A DNA stretch of 64,000 bases, from positions 27,404,001-27,468,000 of the forward strand of contig OZ024756.1 of NCBI GenBank assembly GCA_964016885.1, read 5' to 3'. The translations under genes were made by a program, and so were the position numbers. This DNA comes from Eledone cirrhosa (Eukaryota). The notes under the pieces were generated by a model, which searched no databases, had not been told where the DNA came from, and worked only from the letters and a program-made list of their open reading frames with translations. Below are positions 59,597-64,000 of the stretch, in pieces (the first letter of the stretch is position 1; every line of letters starts with the position of its first letter).

Positions 59597-59700
59597 GCAA
59601 CAACAACAACACCAACAACAATAACACCTGCACCACCACCACCACCACCACCACCACCACCACCACCACCACTACCAACAACAACACCACCACCACTACC

Positions 59701-59731
<31 letters not shown>

Positions 59732-59841
59732 GCAACAACAACAACACCAACAACAATAACACCTGCACCACCACCACCACCACCACCGCCAACAACAACA
59801 CCAACAACAACAACACCACCACCAACACCACCACCACCACC

Positions 59842-59873
<32 letters not shown>

Positions 59874-59907
59874 CAACAACACCAACAACAACACCACCAC
59901 CACCACC

Positions 59908-59939
<32 letters not shown>

Positions 59940-59940
59940 C
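59373..59940. repeat. (CAA/CCA)n microsatellite
   Basis: Direct observation. Confidence 0.95.
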
Positions 59941-60139
59941 AGCTCTATCCATGGTATATCTATTGTATATAACATAATATCTAGTTATAAATATACCATT
60001 GATATTGATTGATAAAGTTGTGACAATTGAGACATGGGAGGAATCTGATGAGCTGACCAATGGAATATAGACTCTTAGAATTGTTGGCTTTTAGCAACTC
60101 TTTCACTCCACCTCCTCCTCCTCCTCCCCCTCCTCTTTA

Positions 60140-60208
60140 TCATCATCATCATCATCATCGACTTATCATCATCATCATCAGCAGCAGCAGCAGCATCATT
60201 CTCGACTT

Positions 60209-60241
<33 letters not shown>

Positions 60242-60351
60242 TTATCATCATCATCATCATCATCATCATCCTCGACTTATCATCATCATCATCATCATCA
60301 TCATTCTCGACTTATCATCATCATCATCATCATCATCATCATCTTCGACTT

Positions 60352-60386
<35 letters not shown>

Positions 60387-60395
60387 TCTCGACTT

Positions 60396-60428
<33 letters not shown>

Positions 60429-60433
60429 GACTT

Positions 60434-60492
<59 letters not shown>

Positions 60493-60575
60493 TCTCGACT
60501 TATCATCATCATCATCATCATTCTCGACTTATCATCATCATCATCATCATCCTCGACTTATCATCATCATCATCA
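60140..60575. repeat. (CAT)n array punctuated by CTCGACTTA
   Basis: About 10 units. Confidence 0.9.
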
Positions 60576-60892
60576 TTATTATGGGGGATTGGCAGTATCA
60601 GTAGAAGGTCGGACGCCATGCTTTGCAGCATAGAGCTACGGCTCTTTATGGTGTGAGTTCAAATCCCGCCGAAGTTCACTTTATATATATAGTTATCGTT
60701 ATAATATACATGCATATATATATATACATATACATGCATATATATATATACATATACATATATATATATAAATATACATATATATATATACACACATAAA
60801 TATACATATAAATATACACACATAAATATACACATGTATATATATATATATATATACACATACACATATACATATATATATATATATATATA

Positions 60893-61081
60893 TAGGAACC
60901 AGTAAGACCCCGACGGCTGAGCTCAAGCCGTTTCGACGGCTAATTCAGAATTAGCCGTCGAAACGGCTTGAGCTCAGCTGTCGGGGTCTTACTGGTTCCT
61001 ATTACCCACTCTACTACCTCAAGTATTGAGTACTTTGGTGCGTTATGGTCCACCTGGTTCCTTACCACATTTCCTTCGTTA
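60893..61081 (+). mobile_element. Family A fold-back PLE/HHR mini-element
   Basis: Arms centred near 60946 (AATTC-A-GAATT); (TA)n flanks. Confidence 0.85.
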
Positions 61082-61127
61082 TATATATATATAATATAAG
61101 ATCAAAAGATGGTTAAAGGAGTTTCAT

Positions 61128-61198
61128 GTATTTTATTATGCGCATTTCAAAAACAAACATCATCATGCAATAATATTTGTGTTTTCATCAGATAAAAC
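61128..61198 (-). ncRNA. Mirror copy of the same hammerhead ribozyme
   Basis: Reverse complement of 61688-61758. Confidence 0.85.
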
Positions 61199-61687
61199 AG
61201 GAGAACATGATATGAAGGCTAAAAAACACTTGTGGATAGTGCAGTTTTAAATCTACATATGAAAAGTGGTTTTAGATTGATGTGTGATATTGGGAAAAAT
61301 ATTTTATTTAGAGAGGGGGGGGGGATGAAAAAGAGGGAGGAGATGAGAGGGAGAGATGGGTGATAGAGAGAAAGAGATAGCTTTTATAACTGAGAGGAGA
61401 TATACTGTCCCACAAATTTTTTGGGGTTTATACATTATCTTCCAACGGTTTTCAACCTCTCTGTGTGGGACAGTATATCTCCTCTCAGTTATAAAAGCTA
61501 TCTCTTTCTCTCTATCACCCATCTCTCCCTCTCATCTCCTCCCCCTTTTTCATCCTTTCCACCCCACCCCCCTCTCTAAATAAAATATTTTTCCCAATAT
61601 CACACATCAATCTAAAACCACTTTTCATATGTAGATTTAAAACTGCACTATCCACAAGTGTTTTTTAGCCTTCATATCATGTTCTCC

Positions 61688-61758
61688 TGTTTTATCTGAT
61701 GAAAACACAAATATTATTGCATGATGATGTTTGTTTTTGAAATGCGCATAATAAAATA
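61688..61758 (+). ncRNA. Intact-looking type I hammerhead ribozyme
   Basis: Stem I TTTTAT/ATAAAA; CTGATGA; long AU/GU stem II; GAAA; palindromic stem III ATGCGCAT; AUA cleavage triplet. Confidence 0.85.
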
Positions 61759-62289
61759 CATGGAACTCCTTTAACCATCTTTTGATCTTATATTATGCAT
61801 ACTCCAGTCCTACAAACTGTAGAGTGCTTCTTATCCGATATCTGCATTGCTTTATTGTACTACAATAAAACTCACCTCCTACATTATATATATATATATA
61901 TATATAAATATATATATATACACACACATACACACACATACACACACACATACACACACACATACACACACATACACACACATACACACACACAACATCT
62001 CTCGACAGTGTCAATAAGAGAAGCAATTAACACAATGAAAGGATTTAAGTGGTCGAAGCAGGTTAAAACAATGTCCGCAATTTAACAATAGATGTCAGCC
62101 ATTAGAAACAAACCTGAACACCATTGCAATTATCGCTTGGTCAGCCTTGTTCAGCGTGTCCTGTTACTATTTCACATATTCATACGCTTCAAACGTATGT
62201 ATTACTTCTCACTCATGGACACACATATACAGATATGTATATATACATATATACATATGTACATACACACGTCCACACATACACGCATG

Positions 62290-62357
<68 letters not shown>

Positions 62358-62483
62358 TATCATGGTGCTGTGATTTCATGTATTTAATAATATATATATG
62401 TGTGTGTGTATGTGAGTTTATTTATATATCTATATATATGTGGGGGGGGGGGGTATGTATATATATATATATTTATTTATCTA

Positions 62484-62545
<62 letters not shown>

Positions 62546-62588
62546 CATATATAGGTATGACTATATATATATACATATATAGGTATGA

Positions 62589-62657
<69 letters not shown>

Positions 62658-63180
62658 AATATATATATTTCTATATATACACACACACACACGAGGTCGA
62701 TAAAATAGAGTACCAGTAATACACTGGAGTAATTGCTGGCCTTGTGCCGAAAGTAGCGAAAGTAGAACCAATTATATATAAATTAACGATTTTATTTATT
62801 ATATATTATTTACAATTTGCGTGTAGGTGGGTCTCTCTGGAAATAGGGGTTGGGGCGCTAAGGGTATTACATAGCCATGAGTGGGATGGTGGCCCCTAAA
62901 GTTTGAGAACATCTGATATAATGTAAGAGTAACCCACTAGGGGGGGTGGGTTTAATCGACTTAACCCCCGAAATATTGTTGGCCTTGTGCCTAAATCAGA
63001 AATTTATTTTTTGGCGGGGGGGTCTTGAAGACAAGTAGGAAGAAGGGTGTAAAATAGGGGTAAATTAAAGGTATTGTTAAGTCTGTTACCCAAGAAAGGA
63101 ACCCGCCATCCTACTGTCTACCAAATTTCAGTGTTTGTCGATTCAAGTCTTACGTAGAAGATACTTATATTAACCCTTTA

Positions 63181-63890
63181 GCATTTTCATTACTCTATAT
63201 TTACTATTATATTTTCTCAGTAAATACTTTATTTCACATAACATTTTCATTACTCTATATTTACTATTATATTTTCTCAGTAAATACTTTATTTCACATA
63301 ACATTTTCATTACTCTATATTTACTATTATATTTTCTCAGTAAATACTTTATTTCACATAACATTTTCATTACTCTATATTTACTATTATATTTTCTCAG
63401 TAAATACTTTATTTCACATAACATTTTCATTACTCTATATTTACTATTATATTTTCTCGGTAAATACTTTATTTCACATAACATTTACATTACTCTATAT
63501 TTACTATTATATTTTCTCAGTAAATACTTTATTTCACATAACATTTACATTACTCTATATTTACTATTATATTTTCTCAGTAAATACTTTATTTCACATA
63601 ACATTTTCATTACTCTATATTTACTATTATATTTTCTCAGTAAATACTTTATTTCACATAACATTTTCATTACTCTATATTTACTATTATATTTACATTA
63701 CTCTATATATACTATTATGTTTTCACGGTAAACACTTTATCTCACATAATTATCTCACATAACATTTACATTACTCTATATTTACTATTGTATTGTCACA
63801 GTAAATACTTTATCTCACATAATTATCTCACATAACATTTACATTACTCTATATTTACTATTGTATTTTCACGGTAAATACTTTACCTCA
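63181..63890. repeat. 60-bp AT-rich minisatellite (about 8 near-perfect copies, then degenerate)
   Basis: Unit ACATTTTCATTACTCTATATTTACTATTATATTTTCTCAGTAAATACTTTATTTCACATA. Confidence 0.95.
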
Positions 63891-64000
63891 GACAATATCG
63901 AATCTACTAGATTTTGATATTATTTATTTTGAGAATAATACCTTAACATAAGTATGAGCAGCCGGTTACAGCTGGTTTGACAGAAAGAGGTGAGAGAATT

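Larger units (their letters stand above)
61091..61887 (+). mobile_element. PLE 3' end with an inverted duplication of about 325 bp
   Basis: Arms 61091-61414 and 61464-61796 are near identical; spacer reads YLPTVFN (PLE C-terminus-like); 90-bp tail runs into (TA)n. Confidence 0.85.

Noticed and set aside
60045-60070. CTGATGAG hammerhead core
   Set aside because: No stem II and no downstream GAAA.

Overview
Repeat-saturated, AT-rich animal genomic DNA with no intact protein-coding gene, rRNA, tRNA or CRISPR array. The SINE families and microsatellite load suggest a cephalopod, probably octopus (inference). Nearly all ORFs in the track are translations of micro- or minisatellites. Recognisable content: tRNA-derived Meta-type and CORE-type SINEs; fragments of CRE, RTE and Tx1-like LINEs; Tc1/mariner, pogo and hAT MITEs; about ten minisatellites; and a dense set of Penelope-like element (PLE) remnants in (TA)n tracts. 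The main signal is that several different PLE-type families carry type I hammerhead ribozyme (HHR) motifs and occur as fold-back palindromes. In three multi-copy short families the fold-back axis lies at or inside the ribozyme, and the arms appear to be made anew at each insertion. Secondary signals: (TATC)n-associated Tx1-like 3' ends, minisatellites born independently from adjacent segments of a CRE 3' end, a bipartite RTE mini-element, and possible pseudo-exons of a mucin-like gene. Coordinates were read by eye and may be off by a few bases.
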